This document shows positions 38,564-49,224 of a stretch of 64,000 nucleotides of DNA, in pieces. A program made the position numbers and the translations under genes. Every line of letters starts with the position of its first letter. The stretch's first letter is position 1. The stretch is from Steroidobacteraceae bacterium (GTDB taxonomy: Bacteria > Pseudomonadota > Gammaproteobacteria > Steroidobacterales > Steroidobacteraceae), in assembly GCA_035314705.1 (NCBI GenBank), contig DATFZF010000047.1, positions 20,245 through 84,244 on the forward strand, given 5' to 3'. The notes below the pieces were generated by a model that was not told where the DNA came from, did no database searches, and worked only from the letters and a program-made list of their open reading frames with translations.

Positions 38564-40470
38564 GCGTGGGCAGTCGCTGGCGAAGAATGGGCTTTGGGGT
38601 CGGGGGCTTGGTTGCGCTCGCCGTGTTGTTCCTGGGTGTGGTGATGCTGTCGAACGTGGGACTTCGCGGCATGCGCCTGGATCTCACGCAGAATCGGCTT
38701 TACACCTTGAGTCCCGGCACGCAGCAGGTGCTTGCCGACCTGAAGGAGCCGGTGAATTTGTATTTGTATTTCTCGCGCGAGGCCGCGGCCAAGCAGGCGC
38801 CGCTGCTCATGCCCTACGCCACCCGGGTGCGCGAGTTCCTCGAGGAGCTGCGGGCCCGCGCGGGCGGGAAGATCAACCTGCGCATCGTCGATCCGCAGCC
38901 GTTCTCGGACGACGAGGACCGCGCCGCCGAGTTCGGGCTGCAATCCCTGCATGCCGGCGGCGGCGATGCGCTGTATTTCGGATTGGCCGGAACCAATTCC
39001 ACCGACGGGCGCGCATCGATTCCGAGCTTCCAGGCGGACCGCGAAGAATTTCTGGAATACGACGTCGCAAAACTCATCAGCGAATTGGGCACTGTGAAAA
39101 AACCCGTGGTCGGCCTCATGAGCACGCTGGGGCTGCAGGGGCAATTCAACCCGATGACCGGTCAAATGGGCGAACCGTGGCCGATTCTCACCCAGCTGCA
39201 GGAGCTGTTCACGGTGCGTACCGTGCAAACCGATGTCGATCGCATCGAGCAGGACGTCGACGTCCTGATGCTGGTGCATCCGAAACAGCTGCCGCCGAAG
39301 ACTCTGTACGCCATCGATCAATTCGTGATGCGCGGCGGCCGAATACTGCTGTTCATCGATCCGAACTCGGGCGCCGACAGCAGCGGCCAGGACCCCTCGA
39401 ATCCCCTTGCCGGGGCGATGGCCAACCATTCTTCGGATCTCGCGCCGTTGCTTGGCGTTTGGGGCGTCGATTACGATTCGACCAAGGTCATCGGCGATCT
39501 GGAGCGCGGCCTCGAAGTGCGCACCAGCATGCAGTCGCCGCCCGTACGCCACATCGGCATCCTGGGCTTGGATCACGGCGACATGAATCAAAAGGACGTC
39601 GTGTCGGCGTCTCTCGACAAAATCAATCTCGCGACCGCCGGCGCGCTCGCCGCGCACCCCGGCGCCAAGACCACCTTCGAACCTCTGCTGCTGAGTTCGG
39701 CGAGCGCCGCACCCATCCCCGCGCTGCGCTTCAACGCCCTCACCGACCCCTCGACCCTGCGTGATGGATTCAAGCCCACGGGCACCCGCTATGCCCTGGC
39801 CGCACGCGTCACCGGAATCATGGAATCCGCGTTTCCCCAAGGACCGCCGCCCGATCAAAAGCCGGCTGCCGGTCCGCCCATTGCCCACCTGGCGAAATCC
39901 ACGGCACCCGCCAATATCGTCATCATCGCCGATACGGATTTGCTGATGGATTACATGTGGGTCCAGACACGCGAGTTGCTGGGTCAACGCGTCTCGCAGG
40001 CGTTCGCCAACAACGGCGATTTCGTGGCCAACATTCTCGACAATTTGAGCGGCTCGAGCGCCCTGATCAGCATTCGCGGCCGCGCCACGTTCTCGCGGCC
40101 GTTCGAGCGCGTCGAGGCGCTCAGGCGCCAGGCGGACGACCGTCTGCGCAGCAAGGCATTGGAACTGCAAGCGGAGCTGCAGCAGACGGAATTGAAGCTG
40201 ACCGAGCTGCAGAGCAAGCGCAACGATCAGTCCTCCCTCATGCTGTCCCCGGAACAAGAGGCGGAGCTCAAGCGCTTCGTCGCCGAAAAAGCTCGCGTGC
40301 GCAAGGAGCTGCGTGAAACGCAGCGTGGGCTCGACGTCGACATCAATCGCATGGATTCCTGGCTGAAAGCCATCAACATCGCACTGGCGCCGCTGTGCGT
40401 GGCCATCGCGGGCGTCGTCATTCTGTCGCTGCGCCGGCGGCGCAGGGCAGCCCCCTCGGGCTCCGCATGA
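38560..40470 (+). CDS. GldG-like ABC-transporter auxiliary component
   Basis: N-terminal TM, DLTQNRLYTLSPGTQQVLADLKEPVNLYLYFS, large extracytoplasmic region, coiled coil and C-terminal TM. ATG 38560 overlaps the previous stop (ATGA). Confidence 0.8.
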   Translation: MSVGSRWRRMGFGVGGLVALAVLFLGVVMLSNVGLRGMRLDLTQNRLYTLSPGTQQVLADLKEPVNLYLYFSREAAAKQAPLLMPYATRVREFLEELRARAGGKINLRIVDPQPFSDDEDRAAEFGLQSLHAGGGDALYFGLAGTNSTDGRASIPSFQADREEFLEYDVAKLISELGTVKKPVVGLMSTLGLQGQFNPMTGQMGEPWPILTQLQELFTVRTVQTDVDRIEQDVDVLMLVHPKQLPPKTLYAIDQFVMRGGRILLFIDPNSGADSSGQDPSNPLAGAMANHSSDLAPLLGVWGVDYDSTKVIGDLERGLEVRTSMQSPPVRHIGILGLDHGDMNQKDVVSASLDKINLATAGALAAHPGAKTTFEPLLLSSASAAPIPALRFNALTDPSTLRDGFKPTGTRYALAARVTGIMESAFPQGPPPDQKPAAGPPIAHLAKSTAPANIVIIADTDLLMDYMWVQTRELLGQRVSQAFANNGDFVANILDNLSGSSALISIRGRATFSRPFERVEALRRQADDRLRSKALELQAELQQTELKLTELQSKRNDQSSLMLSPEQEAELKRFVAEKARVRKELRETQRGLDVDINRMDSWLKAINIALAPLCVAIAGVVILSLRRRRRAAPSGSA

Positions 40471-41603
40471 GCCGGCAGCGATTCATAGCGCTCAGCGTGG
40501 CCGCGCTGCTCGCGATCGTGAGCGCGCTGTATTTGACCGGCCGGCGCAATCCACCCGCCGACGCGCACGGCGCCGCGTTCCTGCCCGCGCTGGCGGGCGA
40601 GATGAACACGGTCACGGCATTGAGCGTGCGCCGCGGCAGCGCGGCGCCCACGCTGACCCTGCACCAGCAGAACGGCCGGTGGACCGTCGCCGAGCGCGCC
40701 GATTACCCAGCCGACTTCTCCAAGCTGCGCAAGCTGCTGCTCGCATTGAGCGACGCCAAGATCATCGAGCAGAAGACTTCCAATCCGGCGAATTTCCCGC
40801 TCATCGGCGTCGAAGATCCTTCCGCGCCGGGGGCGACCGGAGCGGAAATCAGTGTCACCGCACACAGCGGCAAATTCGCCGTGATCATCGGCAAGCCGGT
40901 CGGCGAAGGCAATTTCGCGCGGCGCAGCGGCGAAACCTTGAGCTACAGCGTCGAGCCCGGCATCTCATTCGAATCCGAGCCGCGCTATTGGATCGATTCA
41001 AAGCTGATCGACATCGCGGCCGCGGACATCCAGAGCATCGCAATCAAGCCGGCGGCGGGGCCCGCCTACACCCTTCACCGGACCGCACCTGCTGTCGCGA
41101 ACGCGGCGAACGCCGCGCCGGCCGCGGGCGCAGCGGGCGCAGCGGGCGCCCCGGGCGCGGCGGGCGCGGCGGGCGCGGCAAATTTCACGCTCGACGGCGT
41201 GCCGGCGGGGCGCAAGGCGGCCGATTCTGCTTTGCTGGCGCCCTCACCTACGACCTACGGCGGGTTGACCGCCAACGATGTGGCGCCGGTGGGCGACATC
41301 GATTTCAGCAAGGCGACGGTCGCGACCGTGAGTCTGTCGGACGGCAACGTGATCACGCTGACCGGCGCCGCGATCGGCGACAAACACTGGATTCAGCTGC
41401 AGGCCAGCAAGGACGCCGCGCTCAATGCGAAGACCGCGGGCCGCGCGTTCGACATCACCGGCTACCGCTATGATGCGATTTTCCGGTCCCTCGATGCGTT
41501 GCTGGTGCCGAAGGAGCCGCCGGCCGGTGCAAAGAAGGCCGCGCCGGGGGCCTCACCATCGCCTTCGCCGACGAAAAAGCCAAAGCCCCCAGCCAAGCCG
41601 TGA
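40467..41603 (+). CDS. DUF4340-like protein
   Basis: N-terminal TM, position directly after the GldG-like gene (usual DUF4340 context), ATGA overlap. Contains an (AAG)n low-complexity insert and a Lys/Pro-rich tail. Confidence 0.65.
   Translation: MSRQRFIALSVAALLAIVSALYLTGRRNPPADAHGAAFLPALAGEMNTVTALSVRRGSAAPTLTLHQQNGRWTVAERADYPADFSKLRKLLLALSDAKIIEQKTSNPANFPLIGVEDPSAPGATGAEISVTAHSGKFAVIIGKPVGEGNFARRSGETLSYSVEPGISFESEPRYWIDSKLIDIAAADIQSIAIKPAAGPAYTLHRTAPAVANAANAAPAAGAAGAAGAPGAAGAAGAANFTLDGVPAGRKAADSALLAPSPTTYGGLTANDVAPVGDIDFSKATVATVSLSDGNVITLTGAAIGDKHWIQLQASKDAALNAKTAGRAFDITGYRYDAIFRSLDALLVPKEPPAGAKKAAPGASPSPSPTKKPKPPAKP
41121..41180 (+). repeat. in-frame 9-bp tandem repeat (about 6.6 units) encoding (Ala-Ala-Gly)n
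   Basis: gccgcgggc gcagcgggc gcagcgggc gccccgggc gcggcgggc gcggcgggc gcggca, in frame with the CDS starting at 40467. Confidence 0.8.
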
Positions 41604-42037
41604 CCGGCGGCGCGAGCGCGGGATTTGGCCGCCGCCTGGCAGCGCTGCTGTACGACAGTCTGCTGCTGGCTGCTCTGCTGATGATATTTACCGGCGGGGC
41701 CCTGTTCTTCACGCATGGCAGGGCCGTCATGCGCGAAACGGCGGGCGTCTGGGTGTATGTGTACCGCGCGGGTCTGATCGGCGTGATTGCCGGCTATTAC
41801 CTCCTCAATTGGACTCGCAGCGGCCAAACCCTGGGGATGCGCGCCTGGCGCCTGCGGGTGGTCGGCGAGTCGGGCCAGCCGTTGTCCTGGAAAGCCGCGC
41901 TCCTGCGCTGTCTCTTCGGCGCGCTCGCCTGGGCTCCCGCGGCGCTCGGCGTGCTGTGGCTGTACGCCGATCCCGAGCGCGTGGCGCTGCATGATCGGCT
42001 GTCAAAAACTCGGGTGGTCCGCCTGGAGCGCGGCTAG
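41600..42037 (+). CDS. RDD family membrane protein
   Basis: FGRRLAALLYDSLLLAALLMIF...GQTLGMRAWRLRVV...LHDRLSKTRVV pattern. The GTG start overlaps the previous stop (GTGA). Confidence 0.8.
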   Translation: MTGGASAGFGRRLAALLYDSLLLAALLMIFTGGALFFTHGRAVMRETAGVWVYVYRAGLIGVIAGYYLLNWTRSGQTLGMRAWRLRVVGESGQPLSWKAALLRCLFGALAWAPAALGVLWLYADPERVALHDRLSKTRVVRLERG

Positions 42038-43101
42038 CGCGTTCGCGATATCGCGATCACGGTACACAAACCGATCGCGGCCGTCGGCAGCCAGCCCACC
42101 ACCGCCGGATTCAGGCCGAACAACTGGCCGCCCTTCTCGACCATGCCGGTGATGAGAAAGAACACGACCCCGAGCAGCACGCCGATCACCGTACGAGTGC
42201 CGGCTCCGGTGCTGCGCAACGGGCCGAATACAAACGGCAACGCCAGCAGCGTCACGACGATCACCGCGAAAAGCCTGGCGATTCGCGACCAATAGCCGAT
42301 CTCGTAGGGCGCGGCTTCGAGGCTGTTGCGGCGCAAATGGTCGATATACGAGGCGAGCCCGCGCAGCGTAAGCAATTCCGGATCAGTGGCGGCCAATCCC
42401 AAGAACTCCGGATTGACCTTCGACTGCATCATGATCCCGCTGACCACGTCGCTTTCGATACGGTCGTCGAAGAATTTCGAAGTCGCCACGTCGTGCAAGC
42501 TCCAAAGCCCGGGATTCGCGACCGAAATCCGCGCGGCCCGCTGGATGGACTTCAACCGTGTCGGCCCGCTCAGCTGGAACAGCGATACGCCGCCGAATGC
42601 CTGGTCGACCTCACCGGTTTGCACCCGCAGAATGAGGTTCCCATCCTTGACCCAGGCGCTGCTCGAGCCGGCAAAACTCACATCCGCGAGTTTATCCGTG
42701 GTCTTCTCGCGTTTCGCGAACTGCGCCAGCGGCGGCGCCGCGTATTCGCCGATGCCGTACATGGCCAGGGCGAGCGTCAGTCCGGCAACGCCCACCGGCC
42801 AGGCCACGCGCCAGACCGACACGCCCGACGCACGCGTCACGACGAGTTCGCTGCCCGCCGCGAGATTGCCGAGACCCATCAGCGCACCGATCAACGCACC
42901 GATGGGCAAGAGTTCGAACGCCTGCTGCGGCAGATTGAGCAGGGTGAAGAGAAAAGCATCGCCGGCGCCATAGCTGCCGACGCCGATGTCGTTCTGCTGG
43001 CTGATGAACAGGAATAACGCCCCCAGCGTCAACAGCACCGCCATGGCCATGGCCGTGTAGGCAAGCACCGTCCGATACAAATAGCGATCCAGTGTATTCA
43101 C
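42034..43101 (-). CDS. lptG: LPS export ABC transporter permease LptG
   Basis: VNTLDRYLYRTVLAYTAMAMAVL N-terminus when started at GTG 43101, which overlaps the lptF stop (GTGA). YjgP/YjgQ architecture. Confidence 0.9.
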   Translation of the reverse strand: MNTLDRYLYRTVLAYTAMAMAVLLTLGALFLFISQQNDIGVGSYGAGDAFLFTLLNLPQQAFELLPIGALIGALMGLGNLAAGSELVVTRASGVSVWRVAWPVGVAGLTLALAMYGIGEYAAPPLAQFAKREKTTDKLADVSFAGSSSAWVKDGNLILRVQTGEVDQAFGGVSLFQLSGPTRLKSIQRAARISVANPGLWSLHDVATSKFFDDRIESDVVSGIMMQSKVNPEFLGLAATDPELLTLRGLASYIDHLRRNSLEAAPYEIGYWSRIARLFAVIVVTLLALPFVFGPLRSTGAGTRTVIGVLLGVVFFLITGMVEKGGQLFGLNPAVVGWLPTAAIGLCTVIAISRTR

Positions 43102-44162
43102 GCCGTCCTGCCTTCGCGCACGATCAGGTACAGGCCGAGAGCCAGCGCTGCCAGGTGCACCCACCAGACCCCGATCGCCGGCGCCAGCTCGCCTTTTTCC
43201 AGCCACACCTTGACGGCGGATAGCAGGATTGAATACACCAGATAAAGCACGATGGCGAAGCCGACCCGGGCATAGCGGCCCTGGCGCGGACGCAGGCGGC
43301 TCAAGGGCACGGCCACCAGGGTCAGCACAAGCGCCATAAGTGGCGTGGATGTCCGGAATTGCATTTGCGCGATGTCGGAGGGGGCGTTGGAACCGAGCAG
43401 TTCCCGGGTCGGCTTGGTGTCGGGATCTTTGGTTGCGGTGACATCGGCGGGCGTGGCAATGGGAATGCCGTGCTCGCGGAACTCGATCACCCGAAAGTCA
43501 TCACGGCCCGGCACCCCTTCGTAACGGCGCCCATTGAACAGCGTCACGAGGTGCACGCCGTCGGCCCCCGCCTTGGAATAGGTGGCCGTATCGGCGAGCG
43601 CCACTTCGATACGGCCCGCCGACTCGCGCTGCACGAACACATTGTGCAATGTGCCCTCCGCGTCGACTCGCTCGGCATAAAACACCGCGTCGCCGCCGCT
43701 GAACGAGCGGAACCGGCCGGCATCGAGTTGACCGAATTGCGCCTCCTTGAGCGCCGATTGGCGCAGCAGCTGCGCTTGCCGGTCGGCCTGCGGAACCTGG
43801 AAAAACACCAGCCAGGCCAACCCCAAGGCAATTACCGCAGCAAAGCACAACAGCGGCGCCAGCAGCCGACTCGGCCCGAAACCGCAGGCTTGCAGCGCGG
43901 CCATCTCGCTGTCGTGGTACATGCGGCCCAAAGTGAGCACCACGGCCAGCAGCAGGCTGACCGGCACGATAACCGATAGATTCATGATGGCGCCGAGCAC
44001 CACCAATTCGAACACCACGCGCCGGCCGTATTGGTTGTCCGCGGCCAGGCCGAGCACCCGGGAGAGCTGGTTCGATACCACGATCGCCACCAGGACCCCG
44101 GTCACGGCAAGCCAGGTCTGCACCACTTCGCGCAGCACATATCTTTGCACCGTCCATTTCAT
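43098..44162 (-). CDS. lptF: LPS export ABC transporter permease LptF
   Basis: MKWTVQRYVLREVVQTWLAVTGVL at ATG 44162; divergent from pepA as in many Gammaproteobacteria. Confidence 0.9.
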   Translation of the reverse strand: MKWTVQRYVLREVVQTWLAVTGVLVAIVVSNQLSRVLGLAADNQYGRRVVFELVVLGAIMNLSVIVPVSLLLAVVLTLGRMYHDSEMAALQACGFGPSRLLAPLLCFAAVIALGLAWLVFFQVPQADRQAQLLRQSALKEAQFGQLDAGRFRSFSGGDAVFYAERVDAEGTLHNVFVQRESAGRIEVALADTATYSKAGADGVHLVTLFNGRRYEGVPGRDDFRVIEFREHGIPIATPADVTATKDPDTKPTRELLGSNAPSDIAQMQFRTSTPLMALVLTLVAVPLSRLRPRQGRYARVGFAIVLYLVYSILLSAVKVWLEKGELAPAIGVWWVHLAALALGLYLIVREGRTA

Positions 44163-44252
44163 GGCGTCGAGCTTAGAGCCTTCGCAATAATCTAGTAAAC
44201 TATTTGCAATATCCCTGAGGCGACACAACAAGACCAATACGGAGTTCTGGAC

Positions 44253-45749
44253 ATGGAATTCAAGGCGATTATCGATGCGAAGGCGCGCACTGACGCGGGG
44301 TGCGCCGTGGTGGGCGTCTATGAGGAGGGCGATTTAGGGTTGGCAGCCCGCCAGATCGATGCGCAATTGAACGGCCTGATCGCAAAGCTGCACGGGGACG
44401 GCGATTTCGCCGGCAAGCTCGGCGACATCCTGTTCCTGCCGGTGCCCGCCGGAGCGGCCGCCGCGCGCCTGTTGTTGATCGGCTTAGGCGCGCGCTCAGG
44501 ATTCGGCCGCAAGCAGTACCGCAAGGCACTGCAGGCCACCGTGCAAGCGCTGGGCAAGACCGGGGCGAGCGACGCGGCGGTGTACCTTGCGCTGGAACCG
44601 GTCGCCGATCTCGACGTGCAATACCGCGCGCGCATCGTGGCGGAAGTGTTCTCGGCGCAGCTCTACAAGATTAACGACTTGAAAACGAGCGCCAAGCCCA
44701 AGGCGCCGCGCTTGTCGAGCGTCGGCGTGGCGGTGGCCGATGCCCGCGCCGCGAAAGCGGCCGCCGAGGGCCTGAGCGTCGGCGCGGCCATCGGCAGCGG
44801 GCTCACTCTGTCGCGCGATTTGGCCAATCTGCCGCCCAATGTGTGCACGCCCACGTACTTGGGCACGCGCGCTCAGGCGCTGGCCAAGGATTTCCCGAGC
44901 ATCAAAACCAAGGTATACGACCTCAACGCCATCAAGGCCCTGAAAATGGGCGCGTTTCTCGCGGTGGCGCAAGGATCGGTCCAGCCTCCGCGGCTGATCG
45001 TCTGCGAGTATCGCGGGGCCAAGAAGGATGCTGCGCCCATCTGCCTGGTCGGCAAGGGGATTACCTTCGATTCGGGGGGAATTTCACTGAAGGACCCGCC
45101 GGCCATGGACGAAATGAAGTTCGACATGAGCGGCGCGGCCACGGTGCTCGGCGCGCTGCGCGCGATCGCCGAACTGAAATTGAAGTTGAACCTCGTGGTG
45201 ATCGTGGCGGCTGCCGAAAACATGCCGAGCGGCGGCGCCGTGAAGCCCGCCGACATCGTCACGACCATGTCCGGCCAAACCGTGGAGATTTTGAACACCG
45301 ATGCCGAAGGGCGGTTGATACTCTGCGACGCCATCACCTACAGCCGCCGCTTCAAGCCTGCCGCGGTGATCGACGTGGCCACCTTGACCGGCGCCTGCAT
45401 CGTCGCGCTCGGCAACCACTTCAGCGGGCTGATGAGCAATAACGAGCCGCTTGCCGCTGCGTTGGAATCGGCGGGCGTGCGCGCCGACGACCGCGCATGG
45501 CGGTTGCCGATCGGCGAGGAATACGTCGATCAGTTGAAGAGCAATTTCGCGGATATCGCCAACGTCGGCGGTCGCGAGGGAGGCGCCTGCACGGCGGCGT
45601 CGTTCCTCTCGAAATTCGCCAAGGATCTGCAATGGGCGCACCTCGACATCGCCGGCACCGCCTGGCTCGGCGGCGCTCAAAAAGGCAGCACCGGACGCCC
45701 CGTGCCCTTGCTCGTGGATTTTCTGATCAATCGCGCTCGGGCGAAATGA
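44253..45749 (+). CDS. pepA: leucyl aminopeptidase
   Basis: VGKGITFDSGGISLK and NTDAEGRLILCD motifs; 498 aa. Confidence 0.95.
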   Translation: MEFKAIIDAKARTDAGCAVVGVYEEGDLGLAARQIDAQLNGLIAKLHGDGDFAGKLGDILFLPVPAGAAAARLLLIGLGARSGFGRKQYRKALQATVQALGKTGASDAAVYLALEPVADLDVQYRARIVAEVFSAQLYKINDLKTSAKPKAPRLSSVGVAVADARAAKAAAEGLSVGAAIGSGLTLSRDLANLPPNVCTPTYLGTRAQALAKDFPSIKTKVYDLNAIKALKMGAFLAVAQGSVQPPRLIVCEYRGAKKDAAPICLVGKGITFDSGGISLKDPPAMDEMKFDMSGAATVLGALRAIAELKLKLNLVVIVAAAENMPSGGAVKPADIVTTMSGQTVEILNTDAEGRLILCDAITYSRRFKPAAVIDVATLTGACIVALGNHFSGLMSNNEPLAAALESAGVRADDRAWRLPIGEEYVDQLKSNFADIANVGGREGGACTAASFLSKFAKDLQWAHLDIAGTAWLGGAQKGSTGRPVPLLVDFLINRARAK

Positions 45750-46198
45750 CCGAGCGGGTGGATTTCTACGTACTGAAAAGCTCCGCCGCCAAACAGCGCT
45801 GGACGTTTGCGTGCCGGCTCACCGAAAAAGCCTATCTGCGGGATTTGCGCGTCGCCATCGTCAACGACACGCTGGCCGATGCGCGCGCCCTCGATGACCT
45901 GTTATGGACCTTCAGCGAGCGGTCATTCATCCCGCACCAGGTTTGCGTGGATGAAAACCCCGTCGATCCGTCGGCCAAGGTGTACCTCACCGCTCCACCC
46001 ACGGTGGCGCCGTCCGCCGATCTGCTGGTGAATCTGGCCGCCCGCCTGCCCGATCACTGGGAACGCTACACCCGCATTGCCGAGATCATCGATGCCGACG
46101 AGGAGCGGCGGCGCCTCGGCCGCGAGCGCTTCAAGGCGTACCGAGAACTCAAGGTGACGCTGGAAACCCATCAATTGGACGAGGCGGCGGATGAATGA
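45746..46198 (+). CDS. holC: DNA polymerase III subunit chi
   Basis: MTERVDFYVLKSSAAKQRWTFACRLTEKAY...LDDLLWTF. ATG 45746 overlaps the pepA stop (ATGA). Confidence 0.9.
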   Translation: MTERVDFYVLKSSAAKQRWTFACRLTEKAYLRDLRVAIVNDTLADARALDDLLWTFSERSFIPHQVCVDENPVDPSAKVYLTAPPTVAPSADLLVNLAARLPDHWERYTRIAEIIDADEERRRLGRERFKAYRELKVTLETHQLDEAADE

Positions 46199-46463
46199 TC
46201 CGCGCGATATTCCCATTCTCACCCATGCCGTGAAGGAGAGCAGCGCAGCGTCGGTGCCATTCGACGCCAAGGCGGCGCATGCCGCGATCTTGACCGAGAC
46301 GCTCAAGCTCGCCGACTCGCTGCTGCATCAAGCGGCCAAGGACATCGAGGCCACGCTGTTCGAACGCGTATTCGACCGCCTGTGCGCGCAGCTCCCGGAA
46401 TTGGTGGATCGCATTTTACGCGAGCATGTTTCGACTCAGGAAATCCCGAAAGACAATGGATAA
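46191..46463 (+). CDS. small hypothetical protein between holC and valS
   Basis: 90 aa, predicted helical, good GC3 in the central part. 8-nt overlaps with both holC (5-prime side) and valS (3-prime side). Confidence 0.5.
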   Translation: MNDPRDIPILTHAVKESSAASVPFDAKAAHAAILTETLKLADSLLHQAAKDIEATLFERVFDRLCAQLPELVDRILREHVSTQEIPKDNG

Positions 46464-49224
46464 AGCCTTCACTCCAGCCGACATCGAGTCGCGCATTTAT
46501 GCGAAATGGGAAACCTCGGGCTATTTCACCCCGAGCGGCCGGGGGCCCGCCTATTCGATCGTGATTCCCCCGCCCAATGTCACCGGTACCCTGCACATGG
46601 GGCACGCGTTCCAAGACACCATCATGGATGCGCTCATCCGCCATCGGCGCATGCAGGGCTTCGATACCCTGTGGCAGCCCGGCACCGATCACGCGGGCAT
46701 CGCCACGCAAATGGTGGTGGAGAGACAATTGAATGCCGAAGGCTCGAGCCGTATCGAGCTGGGCCGGGAGGCGTTCGTCGCGCGGATCTGGCAATGGAAG
46801 GATCAGTCCGGGGGACAAATTGCCAACCAAATGCGCAGGCTGGGCGCGTCGGTGGATTGGCGGCGCGATCGGTTCACCATGGACGCCGGTCTGTCGCGGG
46901 CGGTGACGGAAGTCTTCGTCCGGCTCCACGAAGAAGGACTGATCTACCGCGGCAAGCGCCTGGTGAACTGGGATCCGATGCTGAAGACGGCGGTTTCCGA
47001 TCTGGAGGTCGTCGCCGAAGAGGAAATGGGGAGCCTGTGGCATCTGCGCTATCCCTTGAGCGGCGGCGAAGGATTTCTCGTGGTTGCGACCACGCGGCCG
47101 GAAACTCTATTGGGAGATGCGGCCGTCGCCGTGCATCCCGAGGATGAGCGCTATCGGCATTTGATCGGCCGCCGCGTACGCCTGCCGCTCACGGCGCGTG
47201 AGATTCCGGTCATCGGCGATGCCTACGTCGACCCGCTGTTCGGCAGCGGCTGCGTGAAAATCACGCCGGCGCATGACTTCAACGACTACGAAGTCGGTCA
47301 ACGCCACGGCCTGCCGCTGATCAACATCATGAATCCGGACGCCTCGCTCAACGACGAAGTGCCCGCCGCGTATCGCGGCCTCGATCGCGCCGCCGCCCGG
47401 GCTCGCGTTCTCGCCGACCTGGATGAGGCGGGGCTCGTCGAACGCGTCGAGCCGCACAAGCTCACCGTGCCGCGCGGCGATCGCAGCAATGCCATCCTCG
47501 AACCCCTGCTCACCGACCAGTGGTTCGTCGACATCAAGCCGCTGGCGCAGCCGGCCATCCGCGCCGTCGAAGACGGACACATCCGCTTGGTGCCCGACAA
47601 TTGGTCCGCGGTGTATTTCGAATGGATGCACAAGATCAAGGATTGGTGCATCAGCCGGCAGCTGTGGTGGGGGCATCGCATCCCGGCCTGGTACGACACG
47701 GAGGGGCGTTGGTATGTGGCCCGCAACGAGGCCGAGGCCCGCTCCCTGCACGGCATCGACCCCGCCATGCCGCTCAGGCAGGACGAGGATGTGTTGGACA
47801 CCTGGTTCTCCTCGGCGCTGTGGCCGTTCTCCACGCAAGGCTGGCCCGAGAAGACCCACGAGCTCGACACCTACTACCCGACCTCGGTGCTGGTCACCGG
47901 CTTCGATATCATTTTTTTCTGGGTCGCCCGCATGATCATGATGGGCCTGAAGTTCACGGGCCAGGTGCCGTTTCGCGACGTCTACTTCACCGGTCTCATC
48001 CGCGACCACGACGGCCAGAAGATGTCCAAGTCCAAGGGCAATGTCATCGATCCGCTCGACATCGTCGACGGCATCTCGCTCGAGGCTCTGCTCGCCAAGC
48101 GCACCAGCGGACTCATGCAGCCGCAGATGAAGCCCGCCATCGAAAGAGCCACTCGCAAGCAGTTTCCGGAGGGCATTGCGGCGTTCGGCACCGATGCATT
48201 GCGCCTGTGCTTCGCGCGCCTGGCCACGCAAAGCCGCGATTTGCGCTTCGACATGGCGCGGGTCGAGGAGTACCGCAACTTCTGCAACAAATTGTGGAAC
48301 GCGGCGCGCTACGTGCTGATGAACGTCGAGGATCAGGACTGCGGCCCCAAGGGCGCGGAATTCAGCCTGGCCGATCGATGGATTCAGACGCGCCTGGCGG
48401 CGATGCTCGAGCGCGTGGAGTCCGGATTCGCCGAATACCGCCTCGATGTCGTCGCCAATGCGCTGTACGACTTTACGTGGCACGAGTTTTGCGATTGGTA
48501 TTTGGAACTCTCGAAAGCCGTGCTGCAATCCGATACCGCCGGCAACGCCGCGAAGCGCGGCACGCGCCATACCTTGATCAGCAGCCTCGAAGTGCTGCTG
48601 CGCGCGCTGCATCCCGTGGCGCCGTTCATCAGCGAGGAGATTTGGCAGCGCGTGCGGCTGAGCGCGGGCGTGGCCGGCGACACCATCATGCTCTGCGCCT
48701 ACCCAACCGCGGCCGGAATCCGCACAGACCCGGCGGCGGAGCCGGAAATGCGCTGGGTGATGGACTTCATCTTGGGCGTGCGCCAGATTCGCGGCGAAAT
48801 GGACATCGCCCCCAGCCGCAAGCTCGAGGTGGTGCTGCAAAACGTGAACCACGCCGATACCGAGTATCTGGGCCGCAATCTACACTACTTGACGCGCCTC
48901 GCCGGAATTGAAACTGCGCGCGCGCTCGCACCCGGTCAGACAGCGCCGATTTCGGCCGTCGCATTGCTGGGGACTCTGGAAATATTGGTGCCCATGGCCG
49001 GTTTGATCGATCCGAAGGCCGAGTTGGATCGCCTGGGCAAGCGGCAACGCAAAAGCGAGGCCGACCTCACGAAGCTGGAGAGCAAACTGAGCAACAGTGA
49101 ATTCACCAAGAACGCGCCGCCGGAGGTCGTGGCCAAGGATCAGCAGCGTCTCCTGGACCTGCGCACTGAAGTCCGTCAATTGGCTGCCCAGATCGCCCGG
49201 GTGACCAAGCTCCGGGACCAATGA
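46456..49224 (+). CDS. valS: valine--tRNA ligase
   Basis: [15 protein letters not shown] (HIGH), KMSKSKGN (KMSKS), C-terminal coiled coil. ATG 46456 ([11 protein letters not shown]). Confidence 0.97.
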   Translation: MDKAFTPADIESRIYAKWETSGYFTPSGRGPAYSIVIPPPNVTGTLHMGHAFQDTIMDALIRHRRMQGFDTLWQPGTDHAGIATQMVVERQLNAEGSSRIELGREAFVARIWQWKDQSGGQIANQMRRLGASVDWRRDRFTMDAGLSRAVTEVFVRLHEEGLIYRGKRLVNWDPMLKTAVSDLEVVAEEEMGSLWHLRYPLSGGEGFLVVATTRPETLLGDAAVAVHPEDERYRHLIGRRVRLPLTAREIPVIGDAYVDPLFGSGCVKITPAHDFNDYEVGQRHGLPLINIMNPDASLNDEVPAAYRGLDRAAARARVLADLDEAGLVERVEPHKLTVPRGDRSNAILEPLLTDQWFVDIKPLAQPAIRAVEDGHIRLVPDNWSAVYFEWMHKIKDWCISRQLWWGHRIPAWYDTEGRWYVARNEAEARSLHGIDPAMPLRQDEDVLDTWFSSALWPFSTQGWPEKTHELDTYYPTSVLVTGFDIIFFWVARMIMMGLKFTGQVPFRDVYFTGLIRDHDGQKMSKSKGNVIDPLDIVDGISLEALLAKRTSGLMQPQMKPAIERATRKQFPEGIAAFGTDALRLCFARLATQSRDLRFDMARVEEYRNFCNKLWNAARYVLMNVEDQDCGPKGAEFSLADRWIQTRLAAMLERVESGFAEYRLDVVANALYDFTWHEFCDWYLELSKAVLQSDTAGNAAKRGTRHTLISSLEVLLRALHPVAPFISEEIWQRVRLSAGVAGDTIMLCAYPTAAGIRTDPAAEPEMRWVMDFILGVRQIRGEMDIAPSRKLEVVLQNVNHADTEYLGRNLHYLTRLAGIETARALAPGQTAPISAVALLGTLEILVPMAGLIDPKAELDRLGKRQRKSEADLTKLESKLSNSEFTKNAPPEVVAKDQQRLLDLRTEVRQLAAQIARVTKLRDQ

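Noticed and set aside
38443-40257. 604-aa minus-strand ORF. Similar cases are 34025..35611 (+), 47107..48852 (-), 57934..59205 (-), 53805..55157 (+), 49176..50213 (-) and 51..980 (+)
   Set aside because: All are antisense shadows of confidently identified genes (GldG-like, asnB, valS, proS, prfC, moxR, TPR-like protein).
41121-41180. CRISPR-like or other non-coding repeat arrays (also 56588..56641, 36504..36557, and GCC runs near 8004..8020)
   Set aside because: All are short, contiguous, in-frame and lie inside coding sequences, encoding low-complexity Ala/Gly/Pro linkers. There are no spacers and no cas genes.
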